DNA from: Macrostomum lignano
Lineage: Eukaryota
NCBI GenBank assembly: GCA_002269645.1
Contig: NIVC01000164.1
Coordinates: 1-64,000, forward strand
Direction of reading: 5' to 3'
Length of the DNA: 64,000 bases
Part shown: one piece after another, positions 1-18,024 of the stretch
How the letters are laid out: each line of letters starts with the position of its first letter
How positions within the stretch are numbered: the first letter of the stretch is position 1
The notes under the pieces: model-generated
Seen by the model: the letters and a program-made list of their open reading frames with translations, nothing else
Told to the model about the DNA's origin: nothing
The model's database searches: none
Translations under genes and position numbers: made by a program

Positions 1-52
1 ATTTCAACATATTGAAAAATAAAAAATCTCAAACAAATTGGGTATGAAGTAT

Positions 53-839
53 GAACTAAATTGCAGAAATGGATGCGGATATAGAATGGATTTATATACT
101 AAAATGCGGATTACTATTTTGTAGAATCAATATGGATATAAATAGCAAATGCAGAAAATCTCCAGATTTAGTTCTATTATAACATGGATTTATATTTTGC
201 TTTATTTCTGTTTCTGTTTAGGCCCTATTTTCAGATAAATTGTTTGCATTTAAATTTATTGTGAAATAATGATGGAAAATCATTTTCTCTATTTTCAAAG
301 TAAAGCTGCTCTAAGATATGCTACTGATAGTAGAAAATAAGAAATTTGATTAGGTTTTAAGTTATTTTTGTTGCTAGATATAATAGAAAATGTATGTACA
401 TAACATGTGTACTTCCAGAGACCACAAGTGTATAAAGTTAAGTTTGGATTCTAAATAGGGGGGCCTAGTTCAACTAGATAGTTCAAGTCTAGATTGACTA
501 GTTTCTTGTTTTCATACCTGTGCCAATTCCATAAAGTACATGTTACTCTCTGGATGATTTCCTCATCTTGATTTGTTTTTTAAAAATGGAGACAACAATT
601 TTCTATCATTATTCACAATAAATTTGAAAAGAAAATTTATCTAAAAATTAAATAGAACTAGATATAAAGCAGAATATAAATCAATGTTTTGAGAGAACTA
701 AATCTGAAGATTTTCTGCATCTGCTATTTATATCCACATTGATTCTGCAAAATAGTAACTCGCATCTGTATCCGCATTTTAGTAGGGGCCTATGCAAACC
801 CATCCATTCCATATCTGCATCCATTTCCGCAGTTTAGTT
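53..839. mobile_element. Degenerate foldback/MITE-like element with long imperfect inverted arms
   Basis: 53-207 is the imperfect reverse complement of ~662-839 (e.g. AACTAAATTGCAGAAATGGATGCGGATATAG vs CCATATCTGCATCCATTTCCGCAGTTTAGTT); AT-rich non-coding interior. Confidence 0.7.
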
Positions 840-2910
840 GGTACCAACAAATTGAGCAATCATTAAAATCAAATTGCATAAACTTAAAAGGTAACATCCA
901 GGCTGAACTATTAGGCTTCTAGGCCTACAGGACTTTTGCCAGTCTGATCCACCTAAGGGCAGATCCACCTGACGCTCATTTAATAACTTAACTAGGCTAG
1001 GCTAGGGCTAGCCCGGCTAGGCTACTTTTGATTTCGAAATTAATCCAAATTGTAAGAAAATTTTTGGAGAAAGAAATATTGGCCTTAGATGTCTGTGATA
1101 GGGTCCTCGCGGATAATCGCAGCGTCTGCGCCCCTCGCCAGAAGTAAGTAATAATAGGTGTCCAGAGTCCAGTCCAGTTGTCAAGTGTCCGTCGGTAGGA
1201 GTTACAGTCATTTCGGCGAAAAGTCATTTCTGCGAAATGACCGGTCGGAAAGTAAACGATATGCATAACTACTTTTTAATCTTGTCTTTTAATCGTTAAA
1301 AAGAACTTTAGTTTTAAGCTTAATTAGATTTTTTCTAAACCATACCTCTTATATACTAAAATTATTATTTACTTTGTTAAACTATTGAAATAAATTTTCA
1401 AATTATGTTTTTATTTGAGCATTCTATATTATACAAATTTGATATTATCTGATTAATACCTATATACTTTTTTGTCACCTACGGGTGAAACTGATTTGCT
1501 CAAAATCACAAACTACATACATCAATTTCACACAATGCTTGTCTTTTTTAATTCCTTACTTTTTCTTCGTTTGTCGTTAAAGCTCGTTCAAAGTTTCGTA
1601 AATAACATTTAGGCGCTCTTTCAAATACTATAGTATTACAAATCTCGTACGATCGTACTTATGCATAAATATTGCCTTCTACTCTTGAATTATTTTTAAA
1701 TACACTGAAATATATTGGCCAAACAGGCTTCTTGCCTGAGCCAAATACTTACTTACTACTTACTACTACTACTACATACTTAAGCTATTCAGCTTGTGCA
1801 CGCGCGTGCCCGACCCAACGTCGGCCTCAGACTTCAGAGAGATACTACAAAATAGTTAAGTCCGTGGTCTAAGTGTAGAATACAAATTTTCATCTCTAAA
1901 ATTGCTGAAGATATTTCTATTGCACAGTTAAGAGCTGTGATGAGAAACCGGGGACAAACGGCACTAATTACCTTTCCCTGCAACAAATCATGTACATGTA
2001 TATAGTTATAGTTAGTTCTCTATCAGTTTTCCATGCATAGTGTACATGTATACTCCCCTGTAGGAAATACGACCATTCACAAAGGTGTACGGTAGAGCCC
2101 AGTTGATGCCAGCCCTGAGGCTGAGCCCCAGGTTAGGGTTCAGGTGCTCCTCCCCCCAATTAAATTCCTGTGTAGGCGCTTCCAATTATTGGAGTTATGA
2201 GCTCTGCCCTCCTTGCCTGGTCCATCTTGCTCTGTCCTTGGTCCATCTGCTGTCTCCTCTGGCTGTCTCCCTGCCCTTGTGTCTCGGCTCTCATCCTGAC
2301 AGTGGACTGGAGTCCTGGGGTTGATGTTCGTCTCAAATCGGGGATACCGGCTGAGTCCGGGTCCTCTTGCTCCTCTTGTGCCCCTTCCCGACCCCTTGGC
2401 CCGGCCTCCAATATTGAGCTGGATAGGTGATACCCTTGGGCTTGCAGCCCTGTAGGTAGGTAGTCCTGATCCTGCCTGACAGGAGACTCGCCCTCGGAAA
2501 CAAGCCTTCCAGACTCGCTCCAAAATTAAGCCATTAATTCCGAGACTTCAGGGTCTCCCTGCTCTCGGACCGCTTTTCAGTAGTAACCCAAGTATTTTTC
2601 AATCCAATTTATTTTTTCGCGCACTCCCGGGATTTGTCTGCTGGGTGGTGGCTTGGGTGGACTCGGTCCTTGCACCGTCCCTGATTCCACAAATTGGGTT
2701 GGCGGTGTCTTAGTCCAAAGGCTTGGGTTAGTAGCCCCAAATTCTCACCAGGCCTCGAGACCTGGTCCCAAGCGTGGCCTCTCGGGCTATATTATATGCC
2801 CCTGGTAGTATGGCCACAGACAGTCCAGCGGCAGAGCCCTACTTGGGCTGATCCGCGGGGCCCCTGGCTTCCCATCCTCGTATAACAACAAAGAAAAATT
2901 AAAGAACATA

Positions 2911-3181
2911 CAGTGGCGGCGCAGCACCTCCGAATAGGGGAGGGGGCGGTGGTTGGGTGCACATGGTCGATCACCCCCTCCCCCAGCAAATTTTTAGAGT
3001 TAGAGCGGCGCGTTACGCTAAAATCTCACAAAAAAAGCATAACAAGCTCGTACTAAAAAATTATGGTGGGTCACCCCACGGAGGGATGGGAGGGTGCAGT
3101 TACCCCCCAGGGGCCAGGGTGGTAGGAGGGTGGTCACCCGGGGGCAGCAGCCCCCTCTGCCCCCCCCCTGCGCCGCCACTG
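2911..3181. mobile_element. hAT-superfamily MITE
   Basis: Perfect 14-bp TIR CAGTGGCGGCGCAG / CTGCGCCGCCACTG; exact 8-bp TSD AGAACATA at 2903-2910 and 3182-3189. Confidence 0.92.
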
Positions 3182-3865
3182 AGAACATATAAAAAGTTGA
3201 CATCTGCATGCACATTGATGTAGTACATGTACAATCCATCTGTATATTTGTGTCAGTTATTCAACATACGAGCGAGCGTACCATGCTATTACACCAAAGT
3301 GTAGCGCTAGATTGAATCCAAGTGACTGAATTTCACTGGTTAAGAATTCCGAAATAAATGAGAAGACGGAGGAAAATATTATTCAGATCGATTCAATTAA
3401 TGCCCTCATCACCACAAAGGCAATTAATGCCTTCAATTAATTGTAAAAGAGAAAATCAAGATCATCTTTAACACAAAGGACCACTGTATACACTGCTATC
3501 TATACAGTGGTCCTTGCTTTAACATTGTAATTTAGACTAAGGAAAGTCGCTACATCATATAGAGATCCTCCAACATTACTTACATGTACTGTACATGTGC
3601 TTAATATTTTACTCCAATGTTTCTAGATGTTCTGCTTCGGTATGCGTACTTTGGCCTTGCACTCGAATTGAACGGCCGCGAGGATGCTACTTGTTGTACA
3701 TCTACATGAACACAGATGCATATAAAAGTTATTTCCGTTTATTTTTATTTCTTTTGATCTGAAGCAAATGCAAAGGATTCGTTTCTTGGCCGAGGCGAAG
3801 CCAAGGCCTGCAAGCGAGTCCGAAGCTTTTGTTTCAGACCATAGACTAAAATGAACGGAAATAAT

Positions 3866-4646
3866 ATATACCTTTTAACAGTGTTGTTGGGCATAAGTGA
3901 AATTTATTTAGTCCAAGTGTTCCTACCACTGAGTGAAGTGAGTTTGATTTAGTCTAGCTGTTGATTTTGGCCATAGACGATTGATGAAAAGTGAAATATA
4001 TTTGGTCGCTCTTGCTTAGCGCTGAGCTTACCGTGACTTAAAGTTAGTCGTAGTGAAATTTATTTAGTCCGCTTAGAGTTCTTGTTTGGCTATAGAATTT
4101 GCTGAATCATAGAATTCTTTCCATGGAGGCTCCAGCAGCACAGAGACGAGTCGCTGTTTCGCAGCAAGACAGGCGAAGGCTGGTCAATGCCTTTGTTCTC
4201 AACGAGGACTGGCTCAATCTGGCAAAACAGCTCAACATACCGCGCCAGTCTGCAAGGAATGTTATCGTTAAGTTTGAGCGAACTGGTCGTGTCGAGGCGG
4301 AAAAGCGAGGAGGCAACAAGCCGAAAGCTCTGAGTGATGAGATGATCGAGGCTCTCGTGGGATTTGTGGCGGACACGCCAGCTGCGACACTACAAGACAT
4401 GCGGAGACATCTTATGTGTTTTTGCGCCTTTTTGAAAGTTTACGATCTCGTTGACCATATTCATTTCACTTTGACTAAATAAAAGTCACGATCTCGTTGC
4501 GCGCGCTAAAAACGACTATATTGAATTCACCGTCTATGGCTGCAAGCTAATTGAAGCGACTAAATCAAACTCACTTCGCTCAGTGGTAGGAGCACTTGGA
4601 CTAGATAAATTTCACTTATGCCCAACAACACTGTTAAAAGGTATAT
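3866..4646 (+). mobile_element. Non-autonomous Tc1/mariner/IS630-type element with ~100-bp TIRs, internally deleted
   Basis: ATATACCTTTTAACAGTGTTGTTGGGCATAAGTGAAATTT... (3866) mirrored by ...AAATTTCACTTATGCCCAACAACACTGTTAAAAGGTATAT (4646); TA-rich ends; TIR sub-motif GTGAAATTTATTTAGTCC repeated internally near 4053. Confidence 0.8.
4123..4482 (+). CDS. Paired helix-turn-helix (transposase N-terminal DNA-binding) ORF, no DDE domain
   Basis: ATG at 4123; SQQDRRRLVNAF..LAKQLNIPRQSARNVIVKFERTGRVEAEKRGGNKPKALSDEMIEALVGFVADTPAATLQDMRRHL is the HTH-GRPR-like-linker-HTH pattern of Tc1/IS630 transposases. Confidence 0.75.
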   Translation: MEAPAAQRRVAVSQQDRRRLVNAFVLNEDWLNLAKQLNIPRQSARNVIVKFERTGRVEAEKRGGNKPKALSDEMIEALVGFVADTPAATLQDMRRHLMCFCAFLKVYDLVDHIHFTLTK

Positions 4647-4816
4647 TTATACCCCGGCTGTTTAGCCAAACTATAACACTGTACACTTTAACCATAGACA
4701 AATGTTGATTTGATGCAGTTTACGAAAACGACCGTGTTTGGTGTTTCAAATTGAGTGGTTGTGGTCTACCTAATTTCTTTAATTTTACTATGTGACACTT
4801 TCGCGTTAGTTTCAAC

Positions 4817-5377
4817 TTGAATGATATTGACAGCGTCTGTTTTGAATCACTTAGTCTTGCTGAAGTCGAAGCAGTCTTGAGTGCCTTGCCACTGGCTCCC
4901 GCAACCGATTACAACGAAGATGAGCAGAGACTCAACGAAATAATTGCGTCTGTAGTGCCAGAAGCTACAACGAAGAAGTGTAAGTGGATGCTAGAAATCT
5001 TTCGATCGTGGCACGAAAGGAAGAAGACTCAATGGGCTAAGGCAGGACCGAGTTTGATGGTGTTGGCCGATCTATCCGATATTAGCAAGCACGATCTCAA
5101 CTACGTTCCTAAGTGGTTTGTCTTAGAGATACGAAATAAGCGTGGTGATCGCTATGGCGCTCCTACATTGAAGGGTTTTTTCAGCATGTTGCAATACTAC
5201 TTGGTCAACGAATGCGGAAAGCCATGGAGCCTCTGGAAGGACGTGGAATTCAATGAGAGCCGACGTACGCTGGATGCTTCGATGAAGATGAGTACCCGTG
5301 ACGGAAAGGAATCTAGCATCGAAGAGAAGCTCTGGTCTAAGGTGTGCTTGGTAGTGATAGTCCACGACAACTGGTGA
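4817..5377 (+). mobile_element. Crypton-type tyrosine-recombinase relic (DUF3504/ZMYM-KCTD1-QRICH1-like N-terminal half), truncated
   Basis: VPEATTKKCKWMLEIFRSW...FVLEIRNKRGDRYGAPTLKGFFSMLQYYL...KDVEFNESRRTLDASMK...EEKLW matches the N-terminal core-binding region of animal Crypton recombinases; catalytic C-terminal half absent. Confidence 0.75.
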
Positions 5378-6299
5378 GTTCCGCGATTTGGGGTGTGGGA
5401 AAATATTTCGCACTACGCGATGGTTCGGAGTTGTAATTAGTTGTTGAATACTCGTAACCGTTAGCTATTGTACAACATTATAATCTATTGCATAAACTTG
5501 TTTGATTACTTTTCTGCTGCTTATTCGTTGTCTTATTTATTTGGATCGTTTATTTGGCCGGGCCAGATAAACGTTTTTTTACATTGGACCGTAGACTTAT
5601 TCGGCGTGGCCAAAAGGGATATAATAAAAACATTTACACGTAGAACAGTTGAAAGGCTATTGTTCTGAACGTTGTTAACGTACAATTTGGACATTTTCCG
5701 CCGTCCGCATAGTCACGCATTTCCTATTCAAGTGAAAATTGGAACTGCGTGTAAACTAGCAAACTGGTTTTTTATTTAGAAACAATCATCTATAATCATG
5801 CAAGTAAGCATATACATGTGACTGCATATTCCAATGCAGATTTATACAATCTGTAGCGTTTCCAAATGCACAACTGCGAGCAATGTCTTGAATTGCAGAA
5901 CGTTCTGCGTGCAGGTGGTAAATAGTCTCTCTTTAATAATCTCTCTCTCTTGCGTCTACAAGTGTATACACTTTCCTGACAATCGACTGTGCAGAAACAC
6001 TGCGAAATCGCCGTCCCCCGGCTACCACGATTTCTCTCCCTTCTCTCTCCTACCCGAATTCTGGAATGTACATACAGATCTTCATAACAGCTAACAGCTA
6101 CAACCAACTGCATGCGTCTTATCTGACTTGCATGTTCCTCCTCTGACCCAGAAAGCACATTTTATTCGTTAGCAACATTAGCTAGCGTTCTAGAATCGTG
6201 CACGCATGCTTTAAAGCAAAAATTTCTCTACAAAAGTTAATCTCCGCGGTAAAAAATCGATTTCCAACCGGAGCCCAAGCGCACAAAACAGGCCAAAAA

Positions 6300-6351
6300 A
6301 TCAGATAGACCAAGTGCAAGGTTTATTATTCAGCTTCGCGAGTGAGTAAGT
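6300..6351 (+). promoter_or_regulatory. Candidate non-coding first exon / splice donor of the LITAF gene
   Basis: Overlapping consensus donors GTGAGT (6342) and GTAAGT (6346); matching polypyrimidine acceptor TTTTCCCTCGTTTCCAAG ends at 7598 just upstream of the ATG. Confidence 0.4.
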
Positions 6352-6524
6352 TGCCTTTGCTGTTGCTGAATGTTTGTTAGAATGTGTGCTCTTAATATTC
6401 TACCATTCGTGCCCTAACTTCTTTGTGAAAATTCAGCTGTTAGACTAAAGTCTTAAATTGTGGAACAGGAAGACGAATGTTGATCAATATGGGGCTGAAT
6501 TGTCTTAAAGTATAGATTGAGAAC

Positions 6525-7050
6525 CCCCTGAAGCTCTAGATCCTTGAGGATCCTGAAGCTTTAGATTAAGGACCCTGAAGCTCTTGATTGAGCCCCAGCT
6601 GAATCTCTAGAGGATCCTGAAGCTCTAGAGATGGAGGATCTTGAAGCTCTAGATGGAGGATCCTGAAGCTCTAGATTGGGGATCCTGAAGCTCTAGATGA
6701 TGGATCCTGATGCTCTAAATTTAGGACCCTGAAGCTCTTGATTGAGCCCCAGCTGAAGCTGTAGAGGATCCTGAAGCTCTAGAGATGGAGGATCTTGAAG
6801 CTCAGCTAGATGGAGGATCCTGAAGCTCTAGATGGTGGATCCTGTTGCTCTAAATTTAGGACACTGAAGCTCTAGATTCAGAACTGAAGCTCTAGACGGA
6901 GGATCCTGAAGCTCTAGATTGAGGACCATTAAGCTGTCATTGATTATCATCAAGCTGTAAATTGAACCCTGAAGCGCTCTTTATTGAGCCCTGAAGCTCT
7001 AGATGAAGAATCTAAAGCTCTTGTTTGAAGACCCTGAAGCTGTTCATTGA
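6525..7050. repeat. Degenerate ~21-22-bp minisatellite (CTGAAGCTCTAGATGGAGGATC)n
   Basis: More than 20 visible imperfect copies. Confidence 0.9.
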
Positions 7051-7614
7051 TTATCATAAAGCAGTAGATTGGTTCTCATGAAGAAAGTAGCTTAAAAACA
7101 GATTAATTGGATTTACATACAAGTTACTCGTAAATAAAAAATCTAATAAATCCAGCTGTACCAGGTGCTTGTAGAAGGGGGCGCGTCACCCATATGCAGT
7201 ACAAGTTAATTCCGCGCTCGCGTCAACGTCAAAATTGGGTGGTGCATGTACATATAACTCTCCTTTAGAAACTTTCTATAATTAGCTAAACTATAAACAC
7301 TCACGTGACTCAGACAGCAGTAAGGCAGTGAATTAATCACAATTAAATCTCTATTGCAGACCGATGACGCATCGATATGCGCGGAGCTACAGAATTTTGC
7401 CAAGATTCCACTTGCACTTATAGCTGAATTAAAATGTGCAGAAAAATCTTTCTGATAAGATTTGACCATAGTACAGTGGAAATTTATTTATAAATACGAG
7501 TATTTGACACACATGCACGGGTGGACGTTCTTTCTAACTTTCAGTTAAAACCAGTTTTAAGCTATTAAAACCATTTCAAATTTTCCCTCGTTTCCAAGGT
7601 GACAGACTGCAGGC

Positions 7615-8441
7615 ATGAGCGAGAAGGAGCCAATTTATCCACCCAACGAAGCTCCGCCACCGTACTCCGGCAATGCTGATGGTGCCAGCGGGACCGGCCA
7701 ACTCACTGGCGAGCCTAAATACCCACCGCAGCAATACCCGCCGCAGCAGCAGCAACCGCAGCAGCAATACCCACAGCAATACCCGCAGCAATACCCACAG
7801 CAGCAGCAGTACCAACCGCAGTATCCGCCTCCGGCTCCCTATCCAAATCAGCGTGAGTTTAACTTTCACTTTTTAGAATTACATGTACAAAAAAGCCTTC
7901 AAAACTTCAAAAACCTACGTCTCCTTGTCATAAGTACATGGCGGAATTCTTAGCTTCTAGGTTATTAGCGAAAAATTCCGGTGTTATTATCACGACACGG
8001 TAATTTACTCTCGTAGTTTCAATCCAAAAAGGATTACCTCTCATGCGAACTAAGTTTAAATGGGACTATTTTAATCGCAGATAAATTTATCAATCAGTTT
8101 AACAACAATCTGTTTTAAAAAGTTAACTTAAGCGAATAAACCCGGAAAATTATCACGCAGCGCCGCCCGGATTTGCGGCCAATTACGGCACTCCCGGCCC
8201 GCGCCCAGTGCTGCTGCAGGCGCTGCCTCAAGCGGTGACCTGCCAGTTCTGCCAGCAAGCTGTGGTGACTCAGCTCGGCTACGAGAGCGGCATTCTTACC
8301 TGGCTGCTGTGCGGCTCCATCTGTCTTCTGGGAGGATTTCTCGGCTGCTGCCTGATCCCGTTCTGCATCGACGGCTGCAAAGATGTGTTGCACAGGTGCC
8401 CGAATTGCCACAAAATCCTCGGAAGATTCAAGCGCATCTAA
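7615..8441 (+). CDS. LITAF: LITAF/CDIP1-family (zf-LITAF-like) membrane-associated protein, 172 aa; exons 7615-7852 and 8161-8441
   Basis: Phase-1 GT(7853)..AG(8160) intron joins the two ORFs in frame (519 nt); N-terminal PPPY motif and P/Q/Y repeats; CQFC...hydrophobic LLCGSICLLGGFLGCCLIPFC...HRCPNC LITAF signature. Symbol denotes family, not proven orthology. Confidence 0.93.
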
Positions 8442-9391
8442 GAGAACTCATCAGTTATAGATTATTTCCACGTATAACAATGGTTTAAGTACTGTAGACT
8501 AAAAGTTCAAGTGTACTTAAGTACGCAACAATATTATAACAAAGCTCGCGGGTTTTGGACTTGGTGAATGTAACAACAACAATCCACTATATTAACTGCA
8601 CGCCCTGATTGGTTTCTTCACTATAGAGCTCATTCGCAATGCCAGTCATCATTTTTTCGCATACTCATACCGAAATTTGTCTATTTTGGTGAAGTCATTT
8701 TTCGGCAAAAGTGCCTTGAAATCAACAAAAAGTGCTTATTACGATAACAATTAAAAGACATATTTTCCCAGTTATTACAATTTGCTTAATTTTGTGAATT
8801 GTGAGTCACAGTTATAAATAAATATAAACAATCAATTAAAATACGAAAAGATATGCTTATGGGGTACAAAAGTAACGATTCAGGAAAAATAATATTGATT
8901 TGATTCAAAAACTTGCTAATTTAACACTAGAATTCCTTTAAGGAGAATTGATTTTACACACCAGTATGAAAGAACAGGAATCAATTATTAGCGGTATGCT
9001 ATTGGCATGCGCAATTTTGTGAAGTACTTGTACACGTTTTTATTGTTATTATTAAATGCGCACAACCAATGTCTCGCAGTCCTCATTGTTTTGCACACCA
9101 GTTTATAGTTTTGCTAAAGTGCGCTTCAATTCAAGATTGAGAATTTCTAGGACATACCATTTGAAGTTCTAGTAAAATATTGTCTTAGCTTTGCAGAGTT
9201 CAAAGTTCAAAACCAGCTTTGTGTGTTCTGATTGATTTCGCTAATCGTCCATGCTGACAGTTACACAATGACAGTTTCAATGACAGTTTCAAGTCCTGAG
9301 TCCGAAGCTCTGACCACTTGGCTACAACTCCCAATAACTAGACAGTTAACAAGAAACGATAATTAAATGACTTCTACTGTCATGGTCATGA

Positions 9392-15203
<5,812 letters not shown>

Positions 15204-15584
15204 CTTTGGGATTGGAGGAAACGAAATGTGGAAGTAGTTACTGAGAACCTCTTCACTCGATACGATTAACTTAATCTCTTCTTTCTGAACATCTGCATGT
15301 ATCTGTTGACAGTAGAACTAGCTCGTACCAAGAATAGAGCAACTCAGGCTCACGAAATTCCAGAACACGGGCTAACTTGTTTGTTGGCCAGCTTCTCAAA
15401 AACGAATCAAGTCGCCATCATGCTGGAACAATTCAACAATTCTGAAGGAATGCCTGACGGAATGATGACGGAATGCTTGAGGGACTAGTTGATGATGCCC
15501 AGAAGTTGAGGCTGGATCAGCGAAACTCGAGAAATTCGCATCAGGGTGTCTATAATCACCTGCACAGGGAAAGGTGGGCTAACG

Positions 15585-16140
15585 CCCCGACTGCCGGCAA
15601 TCCCGCACCGCTGTCCCCTGTCCTTCCTTCGCCCTGCGCATAGCCCTGCTTGAACTCAACCGCAGGGACATCAGGGTGGTGACCATGGCCCTCTCGGGGA
15701 ATGGCTGTTTTGCCAGGCATCGTCACCTCCAGGGTTAAATCCGCAGTGAGGAATGTCCATTCTGCCTCTCCGGTGTCGAGAATGCGGAGCACTTTATCTG
15801 TGAATGCCCCGCCTTTACTCAGGACAGGCTCACCTACCTCGGCCCAAACCCGGACCTCTCCGACGTTTTCAGGCCCGAGAATCTCTGCCAGCTCGTCCGC
15901 TACCTAAGGGCTACCGGGCGAGCGACCATACACCTACTGGACTTTCCGAAGGGGGACCGCGCTGCGGGACACCGGCACCACCGGAACTCCCTGCGCGACA
16001 CCGCAGCACTAGCTGCCCGTGATCGCCAGGGGTTAGAGGAATGGGGCGGCAACTCCTCCTCGCTGCATCCGGATGCCCGGAACTCCCTGCAGCTAAGTCA
16101 AGTCTATGGTCACCTGGTGCCAACTGTTGAAGTTCCAGAA
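15585..16140 (+). mobile_element. 5'-truncated non-LTR retrotransposon 3' end (I/R1/LOA-like group, C-terminal CCHC finger)
   Basis: Plus frame reads [74 protein letters not shown]; one in-frame stop; 3' boundary approximate. Confidence 0.8.
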
Positions 16141-16775
16141 GTTCCGCCTGGATGAAAGAGTGTGACCAACGAAGTCAGAGCTGATACAGACACATGTGGT
16201 CGACGTGCTGGTGAAATTTGGAGGCTTGGCAAGGCTGCACTGAGGCGCAGTGCTGATTGGCGCACAGGGGTGTATCGTTGGATATCTCAACACCCAGAGG
16301 GCTGGCGACTTGGTTCTTGTCTGAGAAAGTGCGCAACAAAAAATTTGCCGGTGTTCTTGAATTTCGTTGCTTTGTTTCTGGCGCAACAAAACATTGTCAG
16401 TCCCCCCCCCCTAATTGGGTCCCCCCCTTGATCAATAGGACATATTATTGTCCTATTGATCAAGCCACTCACGAAGCGTGTGACAATCATGCATTGGACC
16501 ATTACTTTGTTACCGATTACTGTGTTACCGATTTCTCCAAGGACAAGCTGACTAAATGTGTTTTGTCAAAATTGAACCAGAGTTGGTCAAAATTGAAGCT
16601 TGTAGATTTAGAGTGCCCGACCATAGAGTGTCAATATTGAAGAGGAGTTTGTCGGTTTCGAAGTTCTCCTTGTTCAAAATCGAGCGTAAAATGGTGTAAT
16701 ATCTAGGTAAGTAACAAATTATGTGCAATCTGTTATTAAGTATACAAAAAACACACAAAACACCGAGAGACTTAC

Positions 16776-16840
16776 GATTCGCAGATTAATGGAAGCATCA
16801 TCCAAGCGATTAAAACAACTTTACAAAGTGAGGCTTTCAT
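16776..16840 (-). CDS. Probable first coding exon (signal peptide) of paralogue A
   Basis: ATG at 16840: MKASLCKVVLIAWMMLPLICE(S), then consensus donor GTAAGT at 16775; 73-nt intron to an AG at 16703 continues in frame (YYTILRSILNKENF...). Confidence 0.55.
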
Positions 16841-17493
16841 GATAAATGTTTTCAGTTTATTTGCTTCAATTCCAACAATAGCTAAGCCAACCACACGCGT
16901 TTCAATTCGAGCTTCAGTTAGAGCTTAACTGAGGTTGAAAATGTCCGTGCAGTACGAAACAAGCAAAATATATAGTTGGAGCGTCTGCGCCAGCTGATAT
17001 ATTTCTAATTGGCTGCTGGTGCAGACTTAGTGAGAGAGAGTGAGAGACTAAAGGCTTGGCTAGCGCTATTCTTCTTGTGCTCTGTGCTCTGACTGCTCTG
17101 CTCAGGAATAGCGCGCGCGCTGTAATTCTATCTTCGACTTTTGCCACAGTGCTTCTATCTTCCCTCGTCTCTATACCGTTTAAGAATTCTAAGCTTCTTT
17201 TTACTCTCGCCGCACATTATACATCAGTAGCAACATGGAACTAAAATAAACCTATATGCTAAAGCCATTAGTTGAGATGTAACAATGAGATACGTTCTAA
17301 AATAGCGTCTTACGAGCGCTAGTGTAGAAGTGTAGTATCACACCCGCTAATAAATTGTTCTATGGAAAAGAAAGTCCGACGAGGCTGCGGATTCGTCTCT
17401 TGGCCCAGGCAAAGACCAGAAGCAAATTCGAATCCTTGGCTCTTGACAGAAGAGAAATGGGGATTAATATACACCTTTTTGCATGTAATCTGA

Positions 17494-17914
17494 TATAGTA
17501 TTTGTCATGCTATCTCAGCCTAGAGACATCCAAACTCAGCCAGCCCATCTCAACAGAGCGATTTTTTACGTAAGCCAGTCAAGTTTTACCATAGACATGC
17601 TTCTTAAGGCCATGCTATCTCAGCCTGGGACATGCAATCTCAGCCACTTTTCAGATTCTTACTGACTTTTCTTGCTGCGTTCATTCACTGCTGTTTGTTG
17701 CCATTTCATGTCACGTTACAGAAATGATAGCATTGAGATCTGTTTGCAATTGAAATCTATATTGGCTGAGATTGCATGTCCCAGGCTGAGATAGCATGGC
17801 CTTAAGAAGCATGTCTATGGTAAAACTCGACTAGCTCGAGCCAAAAAACGCATTGCGGAATGGGGCTGGCTGAGTTTGGATGTCCCTAGGCTGAGATAGC
17901 ATGACAAAAGCTAT
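17494..17914. mobile_element. Foldback MITE with ~145-bp TIRs
   Basis: TTTGTCATGCTATCTCAGCCTAG...CCATAGACATGCTTCTTAAGGCCATGCTATCTCAGCCTGGGACATGCAATCTCAGCCA is mirrored at ~17762-17908. Confidence 0.85.
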
Positions 17915-18024
17915 ACTACGAGCAAGCAATTTAATAATCAGTGGTGAAACCCAGCGCTAAAAGATAGATTTCTCAGTAGTCTATGGTCCAAACCAAGGGC
18001 AACAAATTTAACTAATTTTAATTT

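Noticed and set aside
15556-15792. Minus-strand LDTGE motif suggesting a retroviral aspartic protease
   Set aside because: It is the antisense of a much better plus-strand LINE CCHC-finger reading
17056-17244. Signal-peptide-like plus-strand ORF
   Set aside because: Starts at TTG with no ATG or splice support; a better signal exon for paralogue A is on the minus strand at 16840
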